Part shown: positions 15,946 through 26,606 of the stretch, in pieces
Layout of the letters: each line of letters opens with the position of its first letter
How positions within the stretch are numbered: position 1 is the stretch's first letter
Origin: a virus
Lineage: Duplodnaviria > Caudoviricetes
DNA: 54,619 nt
Virus record (IMG/VR): IMGVR_UViG_3300044634_004299
Span: 1 to 54,619 of that record
Reading direction: 5' to 3' (one strand)
Notes under the pieces: generated by a model
The model's input: the letters and a program-made list of their open reading frames with translations, nothing else
What the model was told of the DNA's origin: nothing
Database searches by the model: none
Position numbers and translations under genes: made by a program

Positions 15946-17997
15946 TTGGAAAAAATTGAATTTAATTCTAGGATTGAATTATCAAAAGATTTACAAGAAA
16001 ACGAAGATATATCTTTTTCTACAGTAATGATAGATACTAGCGAAGCTAAAGGGCACGATATGTCTGTTTCTTTTAATGCACTTAGGGATTTTCAGGTTAA
16101 GTTTAAAGAAAATGATAGAAAATTAAAGTTGTTAAAAGACCACAACGAAGTTGTAGACTCTGTGATAGGTTACATTGAAAAAATTGAAACCAACGAAGAA
16201 GATAAATCTTTAGTTGGATATGGTAAAATTTTAAACTTAGATTCTAACAAAGATTTATTGAAAAAAATAAAAGCTGGAGTTTTAGATTCTTTTTCAATAG
16301 GATTTGAAGTTATTGAAAGTTCTTTTAATAAAGAAAAAAGCTTTAGAACAATAGAAAAATTAGAAATTTACGAATTAAGTTTAGTAGTAGAACCTGCTAT
16401 TAAAAATGCTAAACTTATTAACATAAACCTTAACAAACAAAAGGATAAAAACATGGACGACGAAGTTAAAAAGTTGATTGATGATTTAAAACTCAGCAAT
16501 ACAAAACAATTAGAAGAATTCAAAAAAAAGAGTGAAGAGGAAAAAATTGAGTTGAAAAGTCAACTTGAAGAATCTATTTCACAATTAAGTAAAAGAAATA
16601 GTGAAAGAGAAAATGAAATTTTGGAAAACTCTACTCAATTTATGAGTAAAGAAGAACAAGAACAAGTTACAAAAGATATTGTTGACTTGGCTTTTACAAA
16701 ATTTCTCCTCACAAAACAAAACTCTAATTCTTTGAAAACTGAATTTGAATTAAACGAATCAGTTATAAAAAACATAAACGAAGATGTAACTAAAATTGTT
16801 GGTAAAAGTAAGGTTAACTACTTAGCTAAAGTTGGTGAGAAGTTAAGTTTTGGTATGGATGGAACAGCTGGTGATTTAGTGTCCTCACATGATATTAACG
16901 CACATTTAGCAAACTATATCGTAACTGTTTTAAACGGTAATGGGTTGTTAGAAAATAGAACTGTTACTAATCCTGTTTTTGGTTTAATTAATCTTAAAAG
17001 GGGACAAAAACTTAGTGCTATGCCTAAAGTTTGGAACTTTTCACACTTAAATATGGTTGCTGGTTACGTTAGTGAAAATGGTAAACCTGATATGATGTTA
17101 GGTTCTAGGAATAGAAAAGAATCTAGTGTTTCTAAAATGGGAATTGGTTATAATGTAACAAAAGAAGTTATGTTAGCAACAGATTTTAAACTTTCTTCTG
17201 TAATGACAGAAATGGAAAAATCTTTTGATAGGGGGCTTATGGAAGCTATTTTGTTCTATAGAGCGGATTTAAACGGTTTTGACAGAACTACAATGCTTCA
17301 ATCTTTATTGTTAGAAAATTATAAAGACGACACAAGTTTACAATTAAATCAAATGAATAACATTGAAACATTAGATGTTGACAAGTTGTCTGTTTTTGAT
17401 TTAAGAAAAATGTTAGCATATCAAGGTGCAGGAAATAACTTTGATTTCACATTTTTAGTAGATTCAAAAGTTTTCTATAAAATCCAACTAGACACTTTTG
17501 AAGAACTTAAAAAAAATATAAATGCTAGTATGCAAGGTGTTTATAACATAACTAATCCAATTGTCAACCCTACTACTGGGGCACACGAGTTCGGTGGTTT
17601 TACATTCTATGTAGTTGGAGAAGATTACAAAAGGTCTATTAACGAAGATTTACCTAATGACAACAACAGGAAAGTTCAAGCAGAACTAGGTAACCTTTTA
17701 CCAACAGTTCCAAAAGGAAATCCTAATAACATTTTACCACAAGGCTTAACATTAATCGCAGTTAGAGGTAGAGACTTTAAAGAGTTTAATGTTGAAACTG
17801 GAAGTGTTAGAAGTTATGTTGAGATTGACGGTTTAAGAGATGGGACAATGTATTTTACCAAGTTCAAACATGTTTCAGCAATTCACTTAGAACCTAATAG
17901 ATTGTTTAGGATATTTAATAAAGGTTTTTCTCCAGCAAGTTTAAATACTAAAATTGTTACAGAAACTCAAACATCAACAGAAAAGAAAGGTAAATAA
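15946..17997 (+). CDS. prohead protease-major capsid protein fusion (HK97 type)
   Basis: LLKDH..VIG, GVLDSFSIGF, YELSLVVEPA protease motifs; coiled-coil delta domain; AGYVSENG capsid-like motif; TTG start with AGGAG. Confidence 0.88.
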   Translation: MEKIEFNSRIELSKDLQENEDISFSTVMIDTSEAKGHDMSVSFNALRDFQVKFKENDRKLKLLKDHNEVVDSVIGYIEKIETNEEDKSLVGYGKILNLDSNKDLLKKIKAGVLDSFSIGFEVIESSFNKEKSFRTIEKLEIYELSLVVEPAIKNAKLININLNKQKDKNMDDEVKKLIDDLKLSNTKQLEEFKKKSEEEKIELKSQLEESISQLSKRNSERENEILENSTQFMSKEEQEQVTKDIVDLAFTKFLLTKQNSNSLKTEFELNESVIKNINEDVTKIVGKSKVNYLAKVGEKLSFGMDGTAGDLVSSHDINAHLANYIVTVLNGNGLLENRTVTNPVFGLINLKRGQKLSAMPKVWNFSHLNMVAGYVSENGKPDMMLGSRNRKESSVSKMGIGYNVTKEVMLATDFKLSSVMTEMEKSFDRGLMEAILFYRADLNGFDRTTMLQSLLLENYKDDTSLQLNQMNNIETLDVDKLSVFDLRKMLAYQGAGNNFDFTFLVDSKVFYKIQLDTFEELKKNINASMQGVYNITNPIVNPTTGAHEFGGFTFYVVGEDYKRSINEDLPNDNNRKVQAELGNLLPTVPKGNPNNILPQGLTLIAVRGRDFKEFNVETGSVRSYVEIDGLRDGTMYFTKFKHVSAIHLEPNRLFRIFNKGFSPASLNTKIVTETQTSTEKKGK

Positions 17998-18001
17998 TAT
18001 A

Positions 18002-18514
18002 ATGTATAATAATAATTCTTTAATTGGAAAATACAGATTTCAAAAAGCTTCATTGGGTGATTTATCAACCATCGCGATAGGAACACCTGTTTACAGCGAT
18101 GTTAAGGTGGATTACAGACCTCCTTTTATGTTTGTTTTGGATTTTACAAGTTCATACTCAGCGATGACAGTAAATGATAAAATTAAGTTTACAGGTGAGT
18201 TTCAATATGCTAAAAATCAAGCGTCTTTAAAAGCTGATGGCTGGAAAGAAATGTTAACATTTTCTAATCAAGACAACTACAATGCGGTTGTTATGACAAA
18301 AGATAAGTTAACAAGTGTTGGTAAAGACAACTTCCAATTTACAGTAGCACACGCTTACAACCCTAACCCAATGTCAGTTGATATGGTTATTTTTGTAAGA
18401 ATAAAAACTGAATTGTTAAGTGGTGTAGCACCTAGTGTAAACCCTGTAGCTTTCTTAGTTTCTAATAATGCAATGAATAAATTTGAAAACAACAACCCTG
18501 TTAACAATCAATAA
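18002..18514 (+). CDS. putative capsid decoration protein
   Basis: directly after the MCP, before a hairpin; beta-rich; start moved to ATG 18002. Confidence 0.5.
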   Translation: MYNNNSLIGKYRFQKASLGDLSTIAIGTPVYSDVKVDYRPPFMFVLDFTSSYSAMTVNDKIKFTGEFQYAKNQASLKADGWKEMLTFSNQDNYNAVVMTKDKLTSVGKDNFQFTVAHAYNPNPMSVDMVIFVRIKTELLSGVAPSVNPVAFLVSNNAMNKFENNNPVNNQ

Positions 18515-18525
18515 CAAAAAAGGAG

Positions 18526-18551
18526 ACCCTCTTGTTGAAAAACAAGGGGGT
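18526..18551 (+). terminator. hairpin after capsid genes that also covers the next RBS
   Basis: ACCCTCTTGTT-gaaa-AACAAGGGGGT. Confidence 0.6.
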
Positions 18552-18556
18552 ATTTC

Positions 18557-19051
18557 ATGTTTTTAGAAAGAACCAAATACACAGAATATGTTTTAACAGA
18601 AAAAGATAAAGAAAAAATTATAAATTATGGTAAAATTTCTTTTCCAGATAGTTTAGATTTAGATTCCGCACATGTTTTTTGTCAAGATGTTTTATTTAAC
18701 CACACAAGGTTAATATTGGGTTTTGGTTACTTTAGACTTACTAGAAATTGCAGTATCCAAGAGAATCAGTGCTTTACTAATATTCAACACAAACAAATAA
18801 TAGATGTAGATATAGAAATACCAGTTGTAAATAATGAAGTTATTGTTTTTCAAAAAATTAAAAATTTAAAAAATATTTATGATGAAAGATTGCAAAAGAT
18901 AAACTTTAATACTGTTTATACTGCTGGAATTGTAGATATAAATAATGAATTAGAATTACTAGACAACTATTTAAGAATGGTAGGTTTATATCTTAACGGA
19001 ACTTGTAATTACATACATCCAATAATAAAATACAAAGGAAGTATACTTTAA
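18557..19051 (+). CDS. head-tail adaptor
   Basis: position; V.YTAG-like motif of gp6-like adaptors. Confidence 0.55.
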   Translation: MFLERTKYTEYVLTEKDKEKIINYGKISFPDSLDLDSAHVFCQDVLFNHTRLILGFGYFRLTRNCSIQENQCFTNIQHKQIIDVDIEIPVVNNEVIVFQKIKNLKNIYDERLQKINFNTVYTAGIVDINNELELLDNYLRMVGLYLNGTCNYIHPIIKYKGSIL

Positions 19052-21510
19052 TGTTTAAGAAAATCACAAAAACACCTGTAACACCTTTACCAATTGATAG
19101 TAACAGCTTTACAGCTAGTGAATGGAATAGTTTAAATAATGAGGTTTATAATTTATTTAAAAACTATTTCCCAGAACCAGACTATTTTTTTAACACTATA
19201 CCAAGCGAAGCTGGTATAGAAGATGTAACACCGTATGCTTTACAATCATTAGATATGTTAAAAAATTTAGATAATGACGATACTTATTACATAGATGAGG
19301 ATAGTTTTGAATATGTCCCATATGGCGACTTACAACAACTTTATAAATTTAAAATATATAGTGGCAAAAAAAATAAAAACAATGTATTAAACACAAACGA
19401 TACTAATAATTTAATACAACAAAGAACACCTAATATTATCAAATTTCACAAATTTGATATACCATTTTTTTTAGATTCAAATAACGAACCTTATATTAAA
19501 AAAGATACTGACTTTGATATAACAATAGAGTCTGATGATTTTTTATTAACTGGAGTTACTTTAGGTGAGGTAAACATTAACACAAAACAATATTATGAAT
19601 CTGTTGGAGATTATGTATATGATATTACTTTAAAAAGGAGAGATAATACATCAATTTATGACTTTTTAAAAAAGGAATCTAATGGTTCTTTTGATTACAC
19701 TTTAAATGAGTATAAATACTTTGATGATAATGAAGGTATTTTTAGTTCTTTATTTAAAATTAAAAGAACAGATAATCCATATGGTTCTCAAGAATATAAC
19801 TTATTCCTTACTTCATATTGTATTGATGGTTATAGGATGATACAATTTGGAGCAGATAATAATATAAATTTTGGTTTTAGTATTGATGGTGAAAATTTTA
19901 CTAGAATAAATTATAAGTTGACAAATGATGAAATTGTTTTTTATGAAAAAGGAATTAGTGGTGATATATCATTAAAAATTGATAGTAATAGTATATTAGG
20001 TTCACCAACAACTGATATATCAAATGATTATAATTTTGTTTATAAAAAATATGTTGATGATGCTATTGCTAATAATACAGGCAGTTTTGATTATTCTTTA
20101 GAGGAATATAAATATTTTGAAGCAACTAAAGACACCGAACAAGCTTTTATGATTCAAAGATATCCACAATATATAGGAACTTATGATACTGAATATAGAT
20201 TATTTATAAGAAGTGATTACATTAGCAACAAACACGATATAATGGAACTTACTAATCAAATGCTTATATTTGGTAAAGCAGATTATCAAGATGCAGAATA
20301 TATAGATAAACAAAACCCCGATGATGTTTATTTAAGTATATCTAAAGATGCTATAAGAACTAACAGAAATTATTATTATATTGGTAATTATGGTGATGAT
20401 GATGTTTTAGTCCCAAAATGGTATGTTGACGAAGCTATTGATAATATTGGTGAACTAGTAATAACTGAAAATCTTGATATGAAAAATTTTAATATAGTGA
20501 GGTTAGCAGAACCTGTAAATCTACAGGATGCAACAACTAAACTATATGTTGACACAGTTATAGATGAAAGAAGTTTTGATTATTCTTTAAATGAATATAA
20601 ATTTACTGGTTATGACAATATCACACCTGCTGTTACAATAAGAGTTACCCAAGATGGTTTTAATTATTTTCAAAATATATACTCTTTATGTTTTTCACCA
20701 GCTACAGCTAATGGAAATGTTACAACACATTCCATATTAAACAATATGGGGTTATTTTTAGGTAAAATGTTAACCACTGATTATACTAGTCCATATGATT
20801 TTGACAAAACAAATGATTACATAAATCTTGTAAATTATGGGGAATATAATGAAAGCTATATAGAGTTATTTAATAAACCTAGTAACTCTAAAATAAAAAT
20901 ATCTGGTGATTATATATTAGGCGATGCAAACACTAAAATAACTAATGATTACAATTTTACTACTAAAAAATATGTTGATGAAAAAATAGGAGTAATTTTT
21001 TGTTCTTCTAGAAAATTAATACAACAAAACACAAATAACAAAACACTAGCAGGGCAATCTTTCTATAGACCTATTGATTTTTGTAATATTCTTGCAACTG
21101 GTGGCTATGAAAATAGTAAATCTTTCACAAAACAAGGAAATACTAATTCTGTTTTAAAAGAAACTAATATGGTTAATGGGTATCAAAGGCAATTAGTTAT
21201 AGGTATATCATTAGGGCACAATAACACCATGTCAAGTAAAAAGGTAGAGTGTTCCGTTGCTTTAAAAAGAGGTGATGGAACTTTTGTAAGGGGTGGTAAT
21301 TCTATGATTTTTTATGATACACAAACTAGATTACAAACATCAACAACACTGACTGTAACAATAGATACTGCTGATGCTTTTGTTAGTCAAGGTTGGTATT
21401 TGGAAATTCAAAACCTAAATGATGCAAATGATGGAGGAAGTGTATTAACATTTTCTACTATTGATATTTTAATCAATGTAGTTCAACTTCCTAAATTAGC
21501 AGGTGTATAA
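19051..21510 (+). CDS. modular fibre / receptor-binding protein
   Basis: repeated SFDY(S/T)L.EYK and K.YVD motifs; fibre-type N-terminus ASEWNSLNNE. Confidence 0.7.
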   Translation: MFKKITKTPVTPLPIDSNSFTASEWNSLNNEVYNLFKNYFPEPDYFFNTIPSEAGIEDVTPYALQSLDMLKNLDNDDTYYIDEDSFEYVPYGDLQQLYKFKIYSGKKNKNNVLNTNDTNNLIQQRTPNIIKFHKFDIPFFLDSNNEPYIKKDTDFDITIESDDFLLTGVTLGEVNINTKQYYESVGDYVYDITLKRRDNTSIYDFLKKESNGSFDYTLNEYKYFDDNEGIFSSLFKIKRTDNPYGSQEYNLFLTSYCIDGYRMIQFGADNNINFGFSIDGENFTRINYKLTNDEIVFYEKGISGDISLKIDSNSILGSPTTDISNDYNFVYKKYVDDAIANNTGSFDYSLEEYKYFEATKDTEQAFMIQRYPQYIGTYDTEYRLFIRSDYISNKHDIMELTNQMLIFGKADYQDAEYIDKQNPDDVYLSISKDAIRTNRNYYYIGNYGDDDVLVPKWYVDEAIDNIGELVITENLDMKNFNIVRLAEPVNLQDATTKLYVDTVIDERSFDYSLNEYKFTGYDNITPAVTIRVTQDGFNYFQNIYSLCFSPATANGNVTTHSILNNMGLFLGKMLTTDYTSPYDFDKTNDYINLVNYGEYNESYIELFNKPSNSKIKISGDYILGDANTKITNDYNFTTKKYVDEKIGVIFCSSRKLIQQNTNNKTLAGQSFYRPIDFCNILATGGYENSKSFTKQGNTNSVLKETNMVNGYQRQLVIGISLGHNNTMSSKKVECSVALKRGDGTFVRGGNSMIFYDTQTRLQTSTTLTVTIDTADAFVSQGWYLEIQNLNDANDGGSVLTFSTIDILINVVQLPKLAGV

Positions 21511-21582
21511 ATGAAAACACTAATAAAAGTAATAATTTTTATAGCTAAAATTATTATAAAAAGTAAAAATAAAAACAAATAA
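21511..21582 (+). CDS. 23-aa cationic amphipathic peptide (not in ORF track)
   Basis: AGGTG then ATG right after the fibre stop; MKTLIKVIIFIAKIIIKSKNKNK. Confidence 0.35.
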   Translation: MKTLIKVIIFIAKIIIKSKNKNK

Positions 21583-21603
21583 AATATAAGGTTAAATTAA
21601 AAA

Positions 21604-22029
21604 ATGGAAATAATACTAAAAAATAAAAAATACATATTTATCCCAACAACTTTTTTATCAATAACATCTATAATACTTGTTATTACATTTTATATTCTTG
21701 ATTATAAAATTGAATTTAATATAAAAAAAGAACAACAAATGGGTTTTTTTGAAAATAAACTTAAAGAAAATGCTTTATTAGTTTATAAAGACAGACCTAT
21801 ATATGTAATAAAAGAAGAAGATATAAATTTTTTACAGGAAAAATTAAATCAAGGTTATATTGATTATAACGGTGAAGAAAAGAAATTTATTTATATAGAC
21901 AATAGAAATAATTGTGATAAAATAGATAAAGACGGTATCTTACAATACGCAGATGCTGACGACAAAGTGTTATACAAACACTACAACTGTATACCCCAAA
22001 CTCAAAAAATAAAAAAAATGGATGCATAA
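21604..22029 (+). CDS. single-TM membrane protein
   Basis: N-terminal hydrophobic helix. Confidence 0.7.
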   Translation: MEIILKNKKYIFIPTTFLSITSIILVITFYILDYKIEFNIKKEQQMGFFENKLKENALLVYKDRPIYVIKEEDINFLQEKLNQGYIDYNGEEKKFIYIDNRNNCDKIDKDGILQYADADDKVLYKHYNCIPQTQKIKKMDA

Positions 22030-22032
22030 AAA

Positions 22033-22458
22033 ATGGTTAAAAAAGTAAAAAGTCCTTGTGAAGATGTTTCGGTAGCATCTAAAGTAACAAACTATGATGA
22101 TTATAATAAAATGCAGAAATTTCAAATGTATTCTTTAGATGAGAAAGAGGATGATATAGAAAATTTCTATGAAAAAAGAAAAACAAGTTTTGTTGGAACT
22201 GTTTTTGGTGTAATAGTAACCGTTAACCCATCATTAAATATAGGTGGTAAAAAGAAAACAATTAAAGCATATGGTGAAAAAGACTATACACACAGAGTTA
22301 AAATAAGATATAAAAAAGTTCTTGATGAAAAATATATATATTTAACTAATGAAAAATATATTTGGGAAGTTAAAAGAACAGATAGAGATGTTTTAGATGA
22401 TACTTGTTTTTTACAATTAAAACTTTTAGGGTATGAAAATTTAAATGCAAACAGGTAA
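22033..22458 (+). CDS. head closure (stopper) protein
   Basis: THRVKIRY motif typical of SPP1 gp16-like proteins; position. Confidence 0.6.
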   Translation: MVKKVKSPCEDVSVASKVTNYDDYNKMQKFQMYSLDEKEDDIENFYEKRKTSFVGTVFGVIVTVNPSLNIGGKKKTIKAYGEKDYTHRVKIRYKKVLDEKYIYLTNEKYIWEVKRTDRDVLDDTCFLQLKLLGYENLNANR

Positions 22459-22906
22459 AACAAATATTGTTTATATAAAACCACCTGTTTCACTAGAAGA
22501 AGATATAAAAAGAGAATCTAAGAAATTTTCATTAAATTTTCAAAAAAGTTTTACCAATCTTAGAAACAACATACATAAAAATTTTAAAAATGAGTATGAA
22601 AGTGGTAAAAAAACAGGTAGGTTTTATGATGTTACTTTTATATCTCCAAGTGTTAAGAAGTTACACAGGGCTAGTGCAGAGGGTGAAACACCAGCAAAAA
22701 TAACAGGTGAGTTGTTGAGAAGAACACAATATGAAATAAAAAATGACAAGGAATCTAAATCATTAACAATAATAGATGGAACAGAAAAATCTTACTCTTA
22801 TTTTTTGGAATTTGGGACTAGGAAAGTTAAACCTAGGCTAGGTTTTAAACAAGCTATAAATAAATCACAAGATAGATTTTATAAGGATTTAATAGAATAT
22901 GAATAA
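22445..22906 (+). CDS. HK97 gp10-like neck/tail completion protein
   Basis: HRASAEGETPAKITGEL and YSYFLEFGTRKVKPR motifs. Confidence 0.8.
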   Translation: MQTGKTNIVYIKPPVSLEEDIKRESKKFSLNFQKSFTNLRNNIHKNFKNEYESGKKTGRFYDVTFISPSVKKLHRASAEGETPAKITGELLRRTQYEIKNDKESKSLTIIDGTEKSYSYFLEFGTRKVKPRLGFKQAINKSQDRFYKDLIEYE

Positions 22907-23969
22907 TAAATATCTTTTAACATCTATAATACATAATTTGGGTATATTTCAACCAAAAAACTACATAAAATATCAATACAGTTATACTATTGATAAAGTT
23001 GTGGAAAATAAATTATATTTAAAACAATTGGTTAATAAAGCAAGCACAAAAATAAAACAAGGTAGTTCTTTGAAAGTTGGTAATAATTATTTATTTCAAA
23101 TTTCAAAAACATTTACCGCTACTAGTTATAATCCACATATTCAACAAGTGGTTACAACAGATTTATTTATATATCCAGATGAAAAAGATAAAAAATATTC
23201 TTTTATAGAAACAACAAAAACTTCACTAGAAAAAAACAATTTTGTAGAAAATTTTTTAAAAAACACTAGTCCATATGGTATATGCAAACTGATAATTAAT
23301 AATAAAGAAGAATTTTTTAATTATGAAAAATTTTTAACAAACAATGAAGTTAAATTAAGAATCAAACTTAACACTGAAGATAAAACTTTAAATATAGCAT
23401 ATTTAATACTAATTGATACAGCAAATTACAGTGGTGTTTATGTTATAATGAGTGATGAAAAGGGAATTTACATAGAATCTAACTCACCTTTTACAAATGT
23501 ATTAGACTACGATTTAGAAATATTCAATGCACCTTATATTTACAATAAAACAATTGAAGACGATGTTTTTAAAGATGAAAAAATTGATGATAAAGACCCA
23601 ACAATAATTCATGTTTTAGATTTTGGAATCGTAGTTTCTAGTAACGGCGATAGTAATACAACCGAATCAACAACAAAAATAACAGGTAAAGTTTCACTTT
23701 TCTTCCATATAAAAATTGATGATGATAGTTTGGATGGTGGTTTTGAGTTACAGAACTTTATACAAAAAGAGTTACCAATAGTTATAAATACAATTACAGC
23801 AATTGATACTGACGAATTAGAAGTAAATAAAATAAGAGTTGTAGATAGTAAGATTGTTTATAATAATGGTTTAAGGGTTATATATACAGTATCTTTAGAG
23901 TATGAAGAATCTATAGAAACATTAGTTTCATCACAAATAAAAGATTTTAATTATTTGGTGATAAAATAA
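22899..23969 (+). CDS. putative tail terminator / neck protein
   Basis: position between neck and sheath genes only. Confidence 0.4.
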   Translation: MNNKYLLTSIIHNLGIFQPKNYIKYQYSYTIDKVVENKLYLKQLVNKASTKIKQGSSLKVGNNYLFQISKTFTATSYNPHIQQVVTTDLFIYPDEKDKKYSFIETTKTSLEKNNFVENFLKNTSPYGICKLIINNKEEFFNYEKFLTNNEVKLRIKLNTEDKTLNIAYLILIDTANYSGVYVIMSDEKGIYIESNSPFTNVLDYDLEIFNAPYIYNKTIEDDVFKDEKIDDKDPTIIHVLDFGIVVSSNGDSNTTESTTKITGKVSLFFHIKIDDDSLDGGFELQNFIQKELPIVINTITAIDTDELEVNKIRVVDSKIVYNNGLRVIYTVSLEYEESIETLVSSQIKDFNYLVIK

Positions 23970-24029
23970 TTTGATTTTTATGTATTTATGTATTATAATA
24001 TAACAATAATGTAACAAAGGAGAATTGAA

Positions 24030-26189
24030 TTGCCTTATCCATATATAAACTCTAGTTTAACTACAAAACAAGAAACAAATAAAGATATTGAAATAAAAAC
24101 TTTATATGTGAAAAAGTGGGAATCTAACTCAACTAACCCAAAAAATAAAGTTTTTAAAGTATATGAAATTACCGACCCCTTTAACGAACTCAAACAAATT
24201 TATAGCAATTGGAAATCTAACTTTGATTCTTTTGGGTTGACAGAAACACCTGCTTTAGATTTTATTGAAATAGAACAAAAACAATTAGTTCCATCAACAG
24301 CTTTAATGTCAATACAAAAAGATTTATTCGGTAAACCAACAAAAAGAATTCAAATAAAAAAATCAAACACACCAACTGGCAGTGATTATAGATTTAGAAT
24401 AACATTTGACAATAATGCTACAATTTTGACTAAAAGCTATAAAATTTCATTAGAGGGTTTATTGTTTACAGAACCTGAAATAAATAATGTTGTTTTAACT
24501 CCTACAGATTCAATAACTAAAATCTCAGAAAAAGTTTCACAATATTTAACAGACAATAATATAGAACATGATTTAGACCCATTTGCACCTTATATTGATA
24601 TTAAAACCTACAATCTCAATAAATTAGAATTAAAATTCATAAATGTTTTTGGAGAAACAGTAGATATATTAACACCAGAAGAATTATTAGAGTTAAACAC
24701 AGTTAAAACAACTATAACAACTTATCCAGACACAACTTTAACTCTTAGTTCTACAAGTTTTACACAAGATTTAGTTTTTACATCTCCTGCAGGACAAATT
24801 CAAAGTGAGTTTAAAACAGCTTTTGAACTTTTCTTAACACAAAATAACATACAATATACAGTATCCTTTTACGATTATACATTTACAACAGATGATATAG
24901 CTAGTGAAATAAACATTACACCATCAGACCCATTTAAAATAGATGTAGACGATTTAGATATAAACCCAGTTTACAAAAATGTATCTGTTATTTTTTCTTA
25001 TACAGATGTTTACGGTGGTTATTCAATTAAAACTTTAACTGTAAATTTAGTTAAACAAACAGATAATCAAACAGACGACCAAACTTTACAACAAATTTTG
25101 ACACCAACATTTATACAAAAAATAGGTAATGGTGTTATATTAAATGGTGTCTTAACAATTACTTCAACATATGGTTTTAACAACACACCTTTAACATCTA
25201 ACAACCAAGATATATTAATAGATGGTTTTAAGGATGGTGTTAGGGATGGTTTTTCATATAATGAATATATCCCTAGTGGTGTTTATGAAAACATTGTTTT
25301 TGATTCTAATTTGTATAACAATATACTTGAACCAACTAATGATAGTGATAAACTTATAAGAGCTAATGTTTTTAAAGAGATAAACGAATACATAAAATCA
25401 AAACAAGATACAACACCAATTCAAGATTTTATCGGTTTTGTGAATTATGGTAATTTTAAAGGTGCTGTTGAAGATTTGGATAGAGAGTTAGATAGGTTCA
25501 AATTTGACAATAAAAGTTTTGTCGCACTCGTTAGTTTTAATAATTTAGGAAATGTAAGTAATTATTGGAATTTAGGAATAGAAACCGCTTTAATAAGAGT
25601 TGCTAGGTTATCAACTGGTTCATATATTAAAAATATAATGCAACCAAGTGCAGGAGAAGATAATTTTACAGGTGGTTACCACTTAATTAATGTCCCATAT
25701 CATAACACATTTTCTAATGGTTTTTACAAATTTGACAGCACTTTAATAAGTAATTCAACAGATAATTATTTAAGACAAGGTGATAGAAACCTAACAAGTG
25801 TAACTTTTGATGAAAATAACAACGTTGTATTTTTAAACGTATTTACAACTTCTTTAGAAGAAAAATATAAAAAATTAGAAGTTAGAGACTTAGAAATATA
25901 CTGGAGAAAATTTAGCGAAAGGTTAATAAGAAACAAATTAGCACAAAACAAAATTGCTTCAAAAGGTATACCATCAAAAGGGACTTACTCTTTAGAACAA
26001 GTAAAAGCTTATGTTATAGGATTGTATCAAACACTTTATAACATTGGTATTGTTGATAATCCTAATTTATTTGCTTCCACTTTAAATATAAGTTATGATG
26101 CTAAAACAGGAACTTTATATTTGAAAAATTATATGATAACAACTATTAATGGAATTGACTTTGTAAGTAATTCTGGTATTTTAATTTAA
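24030..26189 (+). CDS. tail sheath protein, enlarged
   Basis: size, position before tube/chaperone/TMP; sheath-like C-terminus (VFTT..YKKLE..YQTLYNIGIVDN); TTG start with AAGGAG. Confidence 0.7.
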   Translation: MPYPYINSSLTTKQETNKDIEIKTLYVKKWESNSTNPKNKVFKVYEITDPFNELKQIYSNWKSNFDSFGLTETPALDFIEIEQKQLVPSTALMSIQKDLFGKPTKRIQIKKSNTPTGSDYRFRITFDNNATILTKSYKISLEGLLFTEPEINNVVLTPTDSITKISEKVSQYLTDNNIEHDLDPFAPYIDIKTYNLNKLELKFINVFGETVDILTPEELLELNTVKTTITTYPDTTLTLSSTSFTQDLVFTSPAGQIQSEFKTAFELFLTQNNIQYTVSFYDYTFTTDDIASEINITPSDPFKIDVDDLDINPVYKNVSVIFSYTDVYGGYSIKTLTVNLVKQTDNQTDDQTLQQILTPTFIQKIGNGVILNGVLTITSTYGFNNTPLTSNNQDILIDGFKDGVRDGFSYNEYIPSGVYENIVFDSNLYNNILEPTNDSDKLIRANVFKEINEYIKSKQDTTPIQDFIGFVNYGNFKGAVEDLDRELDRFKFDNKSFVALVSFNNLGNVSNYWNLGIETALIRVARLSTGSYIKNIMQPSAGEDNFTGGYHLINVPYHNTFSNGFYKFDSTLISNSTDNYLRQGDRNLTSVTFDENNNVVFLNVFTTSLEEKYKKLEVRDLEIYWRKFSERLIRNKLAQNKIASKGIPSKGTYSLEQVKAYVIGLYQTLYNIGIVDNPNLFASTLNISYDAKTGTLYLKNYMITTINGIDFVSNSGILI

Positions 26190-26199
26190 GGAGTTAATT

Positions 26200-26604
26200 A
26201 TGACCGATAAAATAGCTGATGTAAAAACAATTACTGTTGATGGAGATATTGTAGCTTATGTTCCAGAATCTTTATCATACCCACCTTACATAGCATCTAC
26301 AAAAACAATAATGGATACTACTACTAATTTAACTTCTACAAAGTATGAAGTTAAAGATTTATCAGCAGAAACAGACAGCACTGTTTCTTTTCAAATGGTT
26401 TCAACATTAAACAATAAAACATTATTTGAAACTTGGAGAAAAAAACATAATGAGGGTGGTAAATTCATAATCAATCTGTTTACAGGAACTGATTTAAACG
26501 AGGGTATATCTTTTACTCTTGATGGTGCTAGTTTGGTTCAGGAAAAAACAGATATAATGAAAGAAATATTTGATGTATCATTTAAAGGAAACGAGGTAAA
26601 ATAA
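26200..26604 (+). CDS. tail tube protein
   Basis: 134 aa after the sheath; ITVDG start and VSFKG end as in Mu-like tubes. Confidence 0.7.
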   Translation: MTDKIADVKTITVDGDIVAYVPESLSYPPYIASTKTIMDTTTNLTSTKYEVKDLSAETDSTVSFQMVSTLNNKTLFETWRKKHNEGGKFIINLFTGTDLNEGISFTLDGASLVQEKTDIMKEIFDVSFKGNEVK

Positions 26605-26606
26605 TC

